Source: Veleropilina oligotropha (taxonomy: Eukaryota). Taken from it: DNA of 64,000 nucleotides. The stretch is taken from the NCBI GenBank assembly GCA_048128005.1, contig JBEUKZ010000018.1, positions 124,001 to 188,000 on the forward strand, given 5' to 3'. Shown here piece after piece: positions 47,914 through 59,740 of this stretch. The notes under the pieces were generated by a model that had not been told where the DNA came from, ran no database searches, and worked only from the letters and a program-made list of their open reading frames with translations. Position numbers and translations under genes: made by a program. How positions within the stretch are numbered: the first letter of the stretch is position 1; the number at the start of each line of letters is the position of its first letter.

Positions 47914-49919
47914 ACTTCCCTCTCCCTGAATACACGGGAGGGTAGTAGTGGGCGGAACGGGGTAGTTAAAAGTATATATTTGGTAGTTGTGACTAGTTAC
48001 TACGACAACTCTTAAAAATTGCCCTGATCTGAAGATCAAAGATCAGACGATATACCACAAAAAAACCCGAGCTGGGAACACCGAGGCCGGGTATTTACCC
48101 GACACGACCCGGTAAAAAACCAGGCAAATTGACTAGAACAAACGGGGGTTCTCTCTTAGAAAAAACCGCCCAGAAAAACACCTGAAAACCTCGTGGATGT
48201 TTTTATGTTAGTACAATTGTGTATTATCCCAGAAACGGCAGGATAACAGAAAAACGCAAGCGTGATATCTAAACGATCCTGCCTATTAACGACGCTAGAA
48301 TTTTTATACAATAATAACCAGCAATAGCGTCATTAAGGAATTATCCAATATAATGAGTTACCTGTTTTGCAGTCTCAAACAATATCAGATAAAAATACCG
48401 ACCAGAAATTTCTTCTTATTACACGAAACTTCCCCTCTGAGCGGCCATGCTTTTCCTGCAACAGCGGCGATGTCGGTTTCACTTGATTTTCAGAACTTCT
48501 CGAAGTTTTAGAATCACAATCTTCCTATATTCACTTGTGTTTTAGATATCCACAACACAGGGTATATTCCACAACTTATATATTAATATATAAGAATTAT
48601 AGCGTCCTCGATTTAACGTATAAACCGGCGGACATTTCGAAATATTTGCGGAGCAAAAAACACGTCTTTCCGTCTCGGCGGAAAACTTTGAATTGATGTC
48701 TGGTGACTTGATAGCCCGGATGTCTCGCGAGACTTGGCGAGATCTCGCTGGAGGAACTTAGAGAGGGGAAGCAGGGGAGGTGATCGTGGTATGTTTTGAC
48801 TTAATTAGTGCATACATGTGACTTTATTCACTGTTTCCGGTTAGCGATAATATGACTATTATGGCAAGAGTAAGGACGTAAGTAAGTTTGTAACTACATA
48901 TTTTCATTACGAAATCTTAAAAATGTTTTTTGTAAATAATATTATTTTTAAAAATGTTCTACTTGCTGTCGCAGAACATTTCAATGTCTTTACATTGAGA
49001 AATTTTAATATTATTCCATACTTAAAATTATTTAAGTAACATGTTATCATGTTGACATTTTGCAAGATAGACATGCAAAAATTTTATTAATTCAAGATGA
49101 AGATAATTGAATATTCTTCAATCTATTAATAATTGTCAAGGTTTTATATTATAGCACAGTAAACCTGCCTAGGTTCGGGTGCCTCTAAAAACCTCGTCTG
49201 CAGTTTTCTGTCTGCCGACCTTTGAGTCCGGAATATTCAGATCACTGCTTTTGCCCATGACACGAGTGCCTACAAGGTATACCTTTCGCACGGTGTCCGG
49301 AGCTACATGCACTTTTGTGTTACCTGTCCGACTAACATCCCTGGCGTGTTTTCCCAGATTTCTTGGTCGAAATCTCACCTCGGGGTAAGAGTAGATTAGA
49401 TGCTCAGTAAATCTACTCTGAACGGACTCGATCTCAACGCTAAAGCGTCGTCTTCCGGTAACAAGTAAGTTTTAATTTTGGTGTATGGAACTTATAACTC
49501 CGCCAACCAAAGTTATTCTTGGCATTAGTAAGGACGTAAGTATATTTGATATAGATAGGAGGATTAAAGGTAATCCCCTTGTATCTATAATAATATACTT
49601 ACGTCCTTACCCACTTGGCCCACCCTGCTTCGCACCTCCCCTCTTATATAAGTTCTTTGCCTTGTTGTTTGCTAAAACTTCGGATGAGGTCATGACCTTT
49701 GGGTCACGAGGATCTCGCGGGAGTTGGCGAGCTCTTTATAAGGCATGAACTTGAGGAGGTCGAGCAGGTCAGTGGGTCAACTGGGTTAAATTTACTAAAA
49801 AGTGCAAAAATTACCATTTCCACCTTGTCCGGATTTAGCGATAATAGGCTTATTATGGCTTTAGTAAGGACGTAAGTATATTATTATAGATACAAGGGGA
49901 TTACCTTTAATCCTCCTAT

Positions 49920-50164
49920 TTCCTGTATATTTCCAACCATCATTTGGTTCAAAGCAGGACATATCCGTAATATCGTGAGAGGAACGCCCGGTCACCCAGG
50001 AAAACCCGCCCTCTCCGACCAGTGACGGACAACTGTGATTCATAACTTGAACAAATGTGTGCTGCTTCTGCCGAGGTTTGAACCCACTACTGTTTACGTC
50101 AGCGGAATCAAGTCAGTGATTTTCGGAGTCCACAACCGATACCACTGTACTGTCGAAGCGGCCC
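49920..50164 (-). mobile_element. Diverged SINE of the same family, split by B2 (its 3' tail is at ~35446-35474)
   Basis: Reverse complement of the SINE head and body. The tail atgcttaatgtcctgta lies left of B2. A degenerate TSD atgc(g/a)caagaa is at 35435-35445 and 50167-50177. Confidence 0.85.
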
Positions 50165-52009
50165 ACATGCACAAGAACAGTACTCTATGGATATTCATGC
50201 CGATAATGTTTCATAACAGGAGTATACCTTAACATGAGCCTAACTTGAGCATTTATATGACAATATAATACATATATATTTGAAAGACGAGCGGGATAAT
50301 ATCTATCAAGATCTGATAGCGATATAAGCAAAGACTTGATCATGGGTTTTGATTTGATAACTTCTGGTTTCAACTATATTCAAGTGTATTTTCTGGATGC
50401 TCTGGCGATTTAAAGGCTCGTGCACATTCTGATTCATGTTGCAATGAACATACGTAGTTATAATATAAAGTGTAATTAGTAAAATTCATGATCACTATAA
50501 GCAGATGATGCCGATTTTCATTACGTATATTGATTGTCCTGTGAAGATCATTGATATAAACAACTAGTTATTGCCGATACGGTTATCTTCAAAAAGTTAA
50601 CAAAAGATGGAAAAAATGTCATCACAGTATAATCATTCATCCCACATTTGAAAAAATGTGTTTCCATAAGTGTTGATTTTTCACTGAGTAGAATATGATT
50701 CAATTTATCGTGTAACTTTCCCAAAGCAGAAGTGGATGGAGCGAGGGAAAGTGTTTAAGAAAAGTATTGATTATCGACCAAATATTTAATTCGACATGGG
50801 AAGTTCTGCAACCCCGACATACTGTTTTCTTGTAACCGTTGTCGCTCACAGCTCTAGCTGTCGATTACGGCAAGCTGCCCAGCCATCGTAGACGGTAATT
50901 TGGTTGTTAAACGTTGACAGTCGATTGCAGCCGACGATGTAAGTTGTGCGGAGAGGAGCTCAGTTGTGACCCCGGAATAACCCGTTTCCTCACCGACAAT
51001 GATCAATGAATTTGCCTGCCCGGCGATGCACTTTATCTGACGTTTGAGGTAGAAGAGCTACGGGCTCGGTTATAATTATTATCGGCACACAAAGGGACGC
51101 GATATTGACCCATAGTCAGATAGCGAGCGGGAAATCTGGGAGAGTCGAAGATTGCGATTCCTGGAGTTCGCTCGCCGAATGCTGATGGAATCACGGACCT
51201 AGAAGTGTAATTATTGAATGAAGATATTTGCGAGGCTCAACTTCAATATGTGGGAAATTATTGCACACTGAAATCAATCCTAAGTCAATAGGAAGGAAGC
51301 GTAAATGCAGATTCAAATAAACACAATTCAAGCAAAATGATCAATGCTTGAGAAAATCTCCATTTTTTTCTGTGAATATTATGCAATGTTTTTGCATGTT
51401 AACAAAAGCATTAAAACATAACATATAATTTGGTGTACTGATGAGTTAATGTATATATGTCATATTTTATTTCGAATCAAATTTAGGATTGCATTTGATC
51501 TAGCAGTATTTTCACCATTTGTTTACCTCACTCATATATGCTTTTTATGCACAGAATATCCTTAAACTATTACTACCTTGGTTCCGATTAGGTAATATAA
51601 GTGTATTGTGCTTAGGATATGTGACTTTCTGTGCTCCTGAGATATCACCCGCTCCGGCATTGCTATTCTAACGCTTAAAACTAATATATGGCATATCTCT
51701 AATGTATGTTAGTCAGATTGGAGTGAGACCTTAAGCCGGGTGTCCCGACTATGATACAGCTGAAAAATTGCTAAAAGTGGTCGTAAAACAATGTTTCCAA
51801 ACTGAGATATCAACGTGTCAAAATGATGGTGACGTACACATCCTGATTTTGACAATGTTGATGATGGAATTTCATTAATATTTTTTTTTAATCTAGCTTG
51901 ATCCCTATATTAAGCTTAAGATTCTCTTTCTACAAATGTTCTAATTTCAAATCAGTATGCAGAATTATTATACAGCTTCATATGAAGATAGTATAACGTC
52001 TTATTCACC

Positions 52010-52500
52010 AAGATTGGTGATGGCAATAAAGATTGGTGATGGGAATAAAGATTGGTGATGTGAATAAAGATTGGTGATGGGAATAAAGATTGGTGATGGG
52101 AATAAAGATTGGTGATGTGAATAAAGATTGGTGATGGGAATAAAGATTGGTGATGGGAATAAAGATTGGTGATGGCAATAAAGATTGGTGATGGCAATAA
52201 AGATTGGTGATGGCAATAAAGATTGGTGATGGAATAAAGATCTGTGCTGGGAATAAAGATTGGTGATGTGAATAAAGATTGGTGATGGGAATAAAGATTG
52301 GTGATGGGAATAAAGATTGGTGATGGGAATAAAGATTGGTGATGGAATAAAGATTGGTGCTGGGAATAAAGATTGGTGATGGAATAAAGATTGGTGCTGG
52401 GAACAAAGATTGGTGATGGGAATAAAGATTGGTGATGGGAATAAAGATTGGTGATGGGAATAAAGATTGGTGATGGGAATAAAGATTGGTGCTGGGAACA
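52010..52500. repeat. 18-19-bp minisatellite (aataaagattggtgatggg), about 25 copies
   Basis: Direct tandem repeat. Confidence 0.95.
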
Positions 52501-53403
52501 ATATATTTTGATTCCTCTGAAATGACGAAACACAGACGAGATCGTTTGCATTCTGCTGCATGAATATTTTGACGCTTCATTGATGTTAATTAATTATCTC
52601 CGTGAAAATGGATCGAGTTATTGATGGTCATTCTGGCAGAGAGATAATGAGAGTTTTTTCTTCCGACGAGATTTATTGCATCAAATATATGTGAGTAATA
52701 AATTATTCACCCATCTATCCTACTGATGGTCGAGAGGACTGCGTGAAATCTGCTTTATTATCTAGAAAGACATCAATCTCTGAGGGGAGATAATTTAATA
52801 TCAGCATGATATATTTGACTGATGATTAACGATCGTTGTTTATGGACTAACAATTATCGATTTATATGAAGCCTCGGTTGAAACACTAAGCTTCGCTTTT
52901 GATTGACATAAATGTCATTTTAAGAATTTAACGATGAATTATCGTCATGTACTGGTTTCATAATGAAAATAGCAGTTTTTTATGGTATGATTTGGAAATG
53001 AAATAGGTAGTTCATCGATTTTCTTATCTTGTTTAGGCACCACGATGAAATAGTAAAAACAAAGGCAATTTTCCATCAGAAAGTTGTCGCTACAGCATTA
53101 CATACAGAATGCACATCTTTGCCAAATATGAAATTTTATATGTTTTGCAATTGCTGTATGCCTTTGCATAATTGCCTTCTGAAATTAACCGGTAGATGAT
53201 AACAGTAGAAATGATCTTGACAATTGTTTAACGCTGTAATAAATAATGCATGGTTTTTGACACCTGTTTTCTGTGCGTGGTGGCTGCTACTGGATCAACA
53301 TCAGCAGCATGCAGTCTAAATGATTAGAGCACTTTATTGGCTGTGCAGTCTTTACGCTATGCTAGTCAGACTTACTCCAGTTGGATTTAACTAGGTTTAA
53401 TCA

Positions 53404-53441
<38 letters not shown>

Positions 53442-54541
53442 CATACTATTACTAGATGACAGATGCTTTTAAAGCATCAATTATCGTCTTTTCTTTCAAA
53501 CTGTGCATAGCAATGGATAATGAAAATTGACAAATATAAATATGAACGATGGAATTACACTATATTGAATTTTTTAATGGGCATTGTGCTTCAATGCCAT
53601 ATGTTGGTTAGCATAGCAATTGGTATGCCTGCCCAGGGGCAAAATATTGGATACAACATATTGCGAGATCATTCAAGTTAATGAATGCAATCTGTGTATT
53701 TAAGTCCAAATTTTGCATCCGCAATATTGTATCGATTGGATTCTAAAATTTCCTGTCATCTGATTGGTTAGATTGTCAGCGACATTCCTGATAACGAATC
53801 CTGAACATTAATTGACATTTACCGGTAGAAGTAATTGAAAAAATATCGTTATATGGAAACTTGAAGTGAGAAATAGCGGACTGGTTTATTGTGCGTTGTC
53901 GTTGAGAGTGGGTTTTATATCTGCGACTGCTCGGCCGTGTCATCCCTGGAGGCTATTATGGCCATATTGAAATAACCACTTTATAGGGGATAATTGACCT
54001 ATCACTGCAGTAACCGCTGCGATACATCGCGGATATGAATAAATGAGTTAATAATTAAAGCGACTCTTTCCTGACTCCTCGGATCAGTGTTAATTGCGGG
54101 ACACTGTGCGAGGGAACATTGATACAGGCGAGGATTCGTGCATCCACGCTCCACAAGCTGTTTATGGATTAGCCAGTGTATTACTTGATAGATAAATGCT
54201 GATGTCTTTATTGGCATCAAACTTCTCTCGACAGCGGAAAACTCAAAGGTCTATTCCATTTCATATCTACGATATGGTGCTGCTATCAGCTCAGGGAAGC
54301 ATCGCTCCGTAGAGAGCACATGTCGAAGATGGTTGTAATAATCACCGGCCGGGATTCGCTGGAGATAATAACCTCGGCTAATTAATCTCGGCGGAGAACT
54401 GTGACTTGGTGTGACGATATATTGAGGCGTTAATAAAAGATGCGGGCAATTAATCCAACATCGAGCCCGCAACGATATTAGCAGCTACCGATTAATGAGA
54501 GGCCAGCGTTGAATCGTGTCAATATTAAAGCAATTTGCAGA

Positions 54542-54608
54542 ATGGTGGACCTAGAAGGATACGTTATATTACTCGTGGAGACGAAAGAAAAGAAAATCAA
54601 GCTGTATG
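54542..54608 (+). CDS. PALS1: Alternative start exon MVDLEGYVILLVETKEKKIKLY(G), Stardust/PALS1-like N-terminus
   Basis: ATG at 54542, 22 codons plus G, then a strong donor gtgagt. It has the same phase 1 as the PDZ exon. The peptide closely resembles what I recall of arthropod Stardust isoform N-termini (MVDLxGYVIILVET..KIKLYGSPAD). The shared downstream exon was not found in the window. Confidence 0.65.
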
Positions 54609-57600
54609 GTGAGTTATTTATAATGTGGTCGAGAGGAAGTATCATTCTAAAAGTAAGTTTCTTTATTATATCGACTTCAATCGAGGAAAAAATGCAAAAA
54701 TAGGGAAACAATATTAGTTGGGATTGAGTGCTAGCTGTGACTTGCTGCACAAAATCTTGATTATGGTTATGATATAGGATATGGGTCTGGTGGTTGTTTT
54801 CATCAATCCAGTTGATGAAAACTTGTGTATACATATATTTTATATCTCATAATGATAACTGAATTTATATGTGGTGCCTTTTCGGATGTTCAGAAGTTGT
54901 TATTGGTTCCAAGAGACCCTGATTTCAACAGCACAAGCAAAATATAATTCTTGATCACATAATGTCGATCTTGCTTGTCGCAGCAGGCGGCCGGGGATGC
55001 TAAGAAGCAAGCTGTGGTAAACTCAGGGCCAGCCCACTGGTGCCCACTATTTGAAATAATTTGATTTTTATCCCCCGCGGCTTCCGAAGGAAAAAGCTAA
55101 AGGGTGATATAGGGATAGCCTCCGGCTGGCCGTCCAGTCACACTTTTGGTTAACATTTTTGGATGTCTGTTACATGCATTTAATGGATGAATAACTCAAT
55201 CAACCCTATTCAGATGGAAAGTAGACATGTTTAGCCTTTAGTTGGGACCAAAAAAAGAGCAATTTGAACATGACATTTTTCTGTTCAAGTTTTTAAAGAA
55301 TTAATCTGATCTTGATTCAATTCAATACCCTACCAAGCACCTTAATATCTGGTATATAATAAAATATTATTATTGCATCAATTCTGTGAGTATAATAAAT
55401 ATTTCAGGGTTTGCAATATGTCACACTCTCCCCCCTCCTCTCGAACAGAGTTGACTCATTATCATATATTTTGAAGATTTACAAACTGATATGATGTTGT
55501 TTAGAAACTGCTTCTTTCAGTAATTTGACGGAACAATCTAACATTTTTAATGAGAACTTTTGGACTTCTTGTCAGTCCATGATCTGGTTTCGGTTGATCC
55601 GCTTCCTGTTTGTAGAATACTTTTATTGACACGGTGGCGGAGATCAATGTCCCAGTAATGGATGTCAGTCCACTCTCCAATTATCGGAGTTGATTTTTTA
55701 GATCTCATTGAGTGGTCTGTCACATGTCGTTTCAATTTACCAAGAAAACACTTTGAATTCCGAAGAGGCAACATATGCTGCTGTCGTGTTCCTTAATTGT
55801 GCAAGCTTCTCTCGGTCGCAGATTGAATTTTTGCTACACGTTCATTAGAATGACTATAAATTGTCAAGTTGTTTAGATGGGTGATCGATCGCGAGTTGTG
55901 TCTGAAAATAGTATTGAATACGTAATGAATTCCCACGATGATGTGTGAAGAGTTTGAAGACTACGTGGCAATTAATGATGCTGATGCATGTTGGGATATT
56001 AGTATCGTATAATAAGGACAACATTTTGTATTGCACCGCAGTGTTGACTAGGTGGGATCTTGTTTAATGCCAATCTTACCACTCATAGATCTACTATCGC
56101 GAAGTAGTGATATATAGGTAATTGTGAAGTTATGGGAGTATATCGTGCCCAGCTTGTGGGTCAAGAATATAAGACTCCTTCTGCTGTAACAGTTAATTGC
56201 ATATTAGCATTATCTCAGCGATGGTTTAGGTCATCACGATGAAAAAGTCTTGATGACAATTAAGTTTACGTCAAATTTGCGATATTTATGTAATAGATGA
56301 TACACTGAGCGTTATAAGACATTAACAGACTGAGCCACAGTGAGGTTGTTAAGCTTATAATGCCGAGGGGTGGCAGCTGTATTATCTGTTATACACACCG
56401 TGGAAATCTATTGTAAATTGCAAGCCGTATTTACCCCTTAAAACATCCAATTGCCCACCATATCGCCTTCTGGAGCATGATATGAAACTCTTCCATTGGC
56501 AACTTGTCACATCTATTGTCACTCAATATAGTCTGGCCAGCTAGCCGAGTTAACCATTGTCTGGTAACAAAAGGTCAATTAACACTAACCTGCCCCATAG
56601 CGTGAATATGGCTATTGGTCCCCGTGGCACAGATTGGACCCTTTATGGACCAAATCAGAATGATCTTCAATTAATGAACCCAACAAGATGTAGAGGATCA
56701 GCCTAGAACCATCCCTTAAAGTAGGGACACCTTTACCTGGCAACGTTCACCTGTGAAACGATTTCAGTGAGGTGTTTTTCCATAACGAGGGTATTACAGT
56801 CTCGCACATTCTTCTAGAATAAAATTAATCTGAGGAACATCGCGGAAGTAGAATATCTCGTACAGCCAAATCTCTATAAAACGATGTAAAACCTATTTTA
56901 CGGCAGTGGACATTTAATATCTCTTCCGATCGGACAAGATTTTGAGCGGGTGAATTTATTTTGTAAGGTTATTGTACTACTTGATATTTATTATCGTGAG
57001 GTCCCAGTATATTATATTGTATACTTTGATTTTGTATAAAAGATATATTTTTTGACCAATTTTTTAGAAGGTCAAATATTTTAATACTAATTATAGATCG
57101 TTTTGAATTGTTTTTTTCGCCGTCAAAGGATCCATCCCATTCATTTGGTTATAATTTAAAATTTTGTATCATCAAAAATGCGGATTGCGTATTAGTGCGA
57201 AAATTTTCGTAATTTACGCCACTTATTGTGTTGTATAGCATTATTTTCCGCAACCCGAATTTTTTAACAATCCAACTTTTTCATATAACCGCGACAGGAA
57301 GTCCTCAAACTTGCACTTCCGTTAGCAGTCATAAACAGCGAACATAGTCGACAAGTGTGTGGTAAGAAATGAGTTCTAACTCTATTTTAGCGTATGGGTG
57401 AGTGATTAATTATAGCTGGGACCACTATACTAGAGGGACTGGCTACTTTTAAAGATCGCGCTGAAATCACGTACTCGGCGCTAAATTGCGAGAGTTCGCT
57501 TGAAATCTAATAAGCAAAGCAACAACCTGCTAATTGAATTCCATATAAAATATTCGCTACTATTTGTCAGACATATGTATACATATAAATAGATATTATA

Positions 57601-57699
57601 TATATTGTAGATTGTGTATATGTACTTATATCGTTAAAATTATGTAAAAAAAGCAGAGATAAGTGTTATTATATTGTATGTTCTCGGTTATTTACGAAA

Positions 57700-58560
57700 A
57701 TCCAAAATGTCGTTGATAAGAAAGCTTTCGAATCGAAAAACTACATTTTGCAACTTCTTCTCCTCGTCAGCTGCTACATTTTACTTTTGGATATCTGTCT
57801 CATCATTGTATTTATATGCTATTGCTTGGACTCTTCTATTGAAAAGAGAAATGTGACGAAGATTTATAACCTTTATTAGCATTTAAAAATGACGATTTTA
57901 CCTAAATGTGACCAGCGTTAATATTTTCACATTGTAAAGTACTCAATTTTGCAACTTCTTCTCCTCGTTAGCAGGCCGCTTCGGTAGCGCAGTGGGTATA
58001 GTGTCCACTCTAACTTCACTGGCTTGTTTCCGCTGACGCGAACAGTAGTGGGATCGACCCCCGGCTGAGGCAGCACACATTTGTTCAAGTTATGAAGCAC
58101 AGTTGTCCGTGACTGGCCGAAGAGGGCGGGTTTACCCGGCGACTCCTCCCGCGATAACACGGACATGTCCTGCCTTGAACCTCGATGTTATAAATATACA
58201 GGACATTAAGCATAATTCCTCCTCCTCCTCTCCTCGTTAGCTGTTATATTTTAATTTTTGATATATGCACCATCTGTTCATTTGCATTCGATTTCTTGTA
58301 CTCATCTATTGTGTAGTGAAATGTAATGAAGATTTATAGCATATATTTGCATTTTAAAATGACCAATTTTCCTAAATATTATCAAGCGTTGATATTCATT
58401 TTGTGATGGTTTCTCTTCTTTATTTGTTGCATTTTATATTTGAATATATTCCCCTTTTTCTAATTTACACTCGATTACATCGACTCGACTATTGTACAGG
58501 AAAATACAACGAAGATTTAATTCATATATTTACGTGTTAAAATGGTCTATTTATCAACGA
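57700..58560. repeat. Degenerate ~200-bp tandem repeat interrupted by a SINE
   Basis: Recurring tttgcaacttcttctcctcgt, ctattg...gaaat...gaagattta and aaaatga..atttt.cctaaat...agcgtt motifs. Confidence 0.6.
57973..58228 (+). mobile_element. tRNA-derived SINE, same family
   Basis: Near-identical to the 27503 copy apart from a short internal deletion. It has a (cct)n tail and a 13-bp TSD tctcctcgttagc (57960-57972 and 58229-58241). Confidence 0.92.
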
Positions 58561-59471
58561 TGTCTATCTGATATAGTGGTCCATTTCAAGAATACTTCAT
58601 TACAATGCCAACTTCAAGTGGTCCCCATTGTTATTGCGCAGACAAAATACTGACCTCTTATACATTATATCAACATGCAAAGCAAAACATAGTATGAAAA
58701 GCAATTAGTGGATAGCTTTATGTTTAAACTAATTGTCTCTATTGAAGGTAATCGTTTGTTTTGATAATCAATAGAAAAGTAGCTGGGGTCATTTAAATGG
58801 TTCCGATTCGGTAACAAAAGATAAATGCATAAGCAATGATTTAGTTTTGAATTGGCCAATCAGTTTATCTAGCAACTAGCCGCGATTAACATTGATCCCT
58901 TTCAATATAGGTTGAATTAAATTTCATTTTCAATTGATAATTATGCAGTTTCTTTAGTTTGAATGCCGTCCAAATTAAAACAAATCCAAAAAATAATTTC
59001 GCAATCGTCTGATGTGTTATTGTAATTGCGTGTTTAATAGATATTTTGTGAATTAAACCGTTATAATCAACCACATTTATCCCAATTGGGGATTAAATAT
59101 TATTTTCACAAAGCCGAAAGTCGAGAAAGTCTCTACGCACATGCGCAGTGCGGTAATTACGAGAACAATAGCGAGTACCACATTATTGACGACGAGTCGG
59201 CTAATTGGTCAGAGCTTCTAGTCCCTCTAATAGTAGTCCCAGATTATAGTAATATATCTTCCATATGGTGACTGTTTTCATCACGACACATCATCATCGT
59301 GTTGATTGTGGATTTAGTACGATTTTTATGTGCCATGGGTGTCCCTACTTAAAGGCCAGGGTGCCACTATAAAAGGCAACAGGTGGGGACGACACCACCA
59401 CCACCACTACCTCATTTCTGATTTGGAAACTGATCAGACCACTTCGACATCAAGACTCATGATTGGTTGCG

Positions 59472-59740
59472 CAGGCCCGGATCCAGGGGGGGGGTCGAAG
59501 GGGTCCGGACCCCCCCCTGCTCAGGTGACCGACGATTTTTCTAACATTGCATATGATCGTAATTTTCGCTTGAGGGGTCAAAAACATATAATTTTAAACC
59601 CAGAGTGCAGGAGAAGCCGTTTAGCAACCCTAAATTACCAAAAAGTTTCTGCCGCGTGGGGCCCCCTCCCCACACGGCCCGTTCATAGTATCCTCGCGAC
59701 AGACTGGACCCCTCTGCTTAAATTCCTGGATCCGCCCCTG
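59472..59740. mobile_element. MITE with CAGG..CGGATCCAGG terminal inverted repeats
   Basis: Left caggcccggatccagg and right cctggatccgcccctg. Related ends occur at ~575-610 and ~26540-26556. Confidence 0.7.

Larger units (their letters stand above)
41482..48900 (-). mobile_element. DIRS1-type retrotransposon, family A copy 2 (A2), antisense and nested in the B2 3' UTR
   Basis: Ends tgaggttttaagg... (41482) and ...gtaactacata (48900). ICR 41777-41866. Homologous to A1 throughout. Confidence 0.96.
35475..49916 (+). mobile_element. DIRS1-type retrotransposon, family B copy 2 (B2), interrupted by A2 and inserted in a SINE
   Basis: Left ITR from ~35487, ICR 49520-49610, right ITR ~49674-49882. 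The 3' UTR halves (to 41481 and from 48901) rejoin to match B1 at 24400-24430. Confidence 0.96.

Noticed and set aside
51952..52580. Three His/Pro-rich minus-strand ORFs
   Set aside because: They are artefacts of the 18-19-bp minisatellite, which is open in all three frames.
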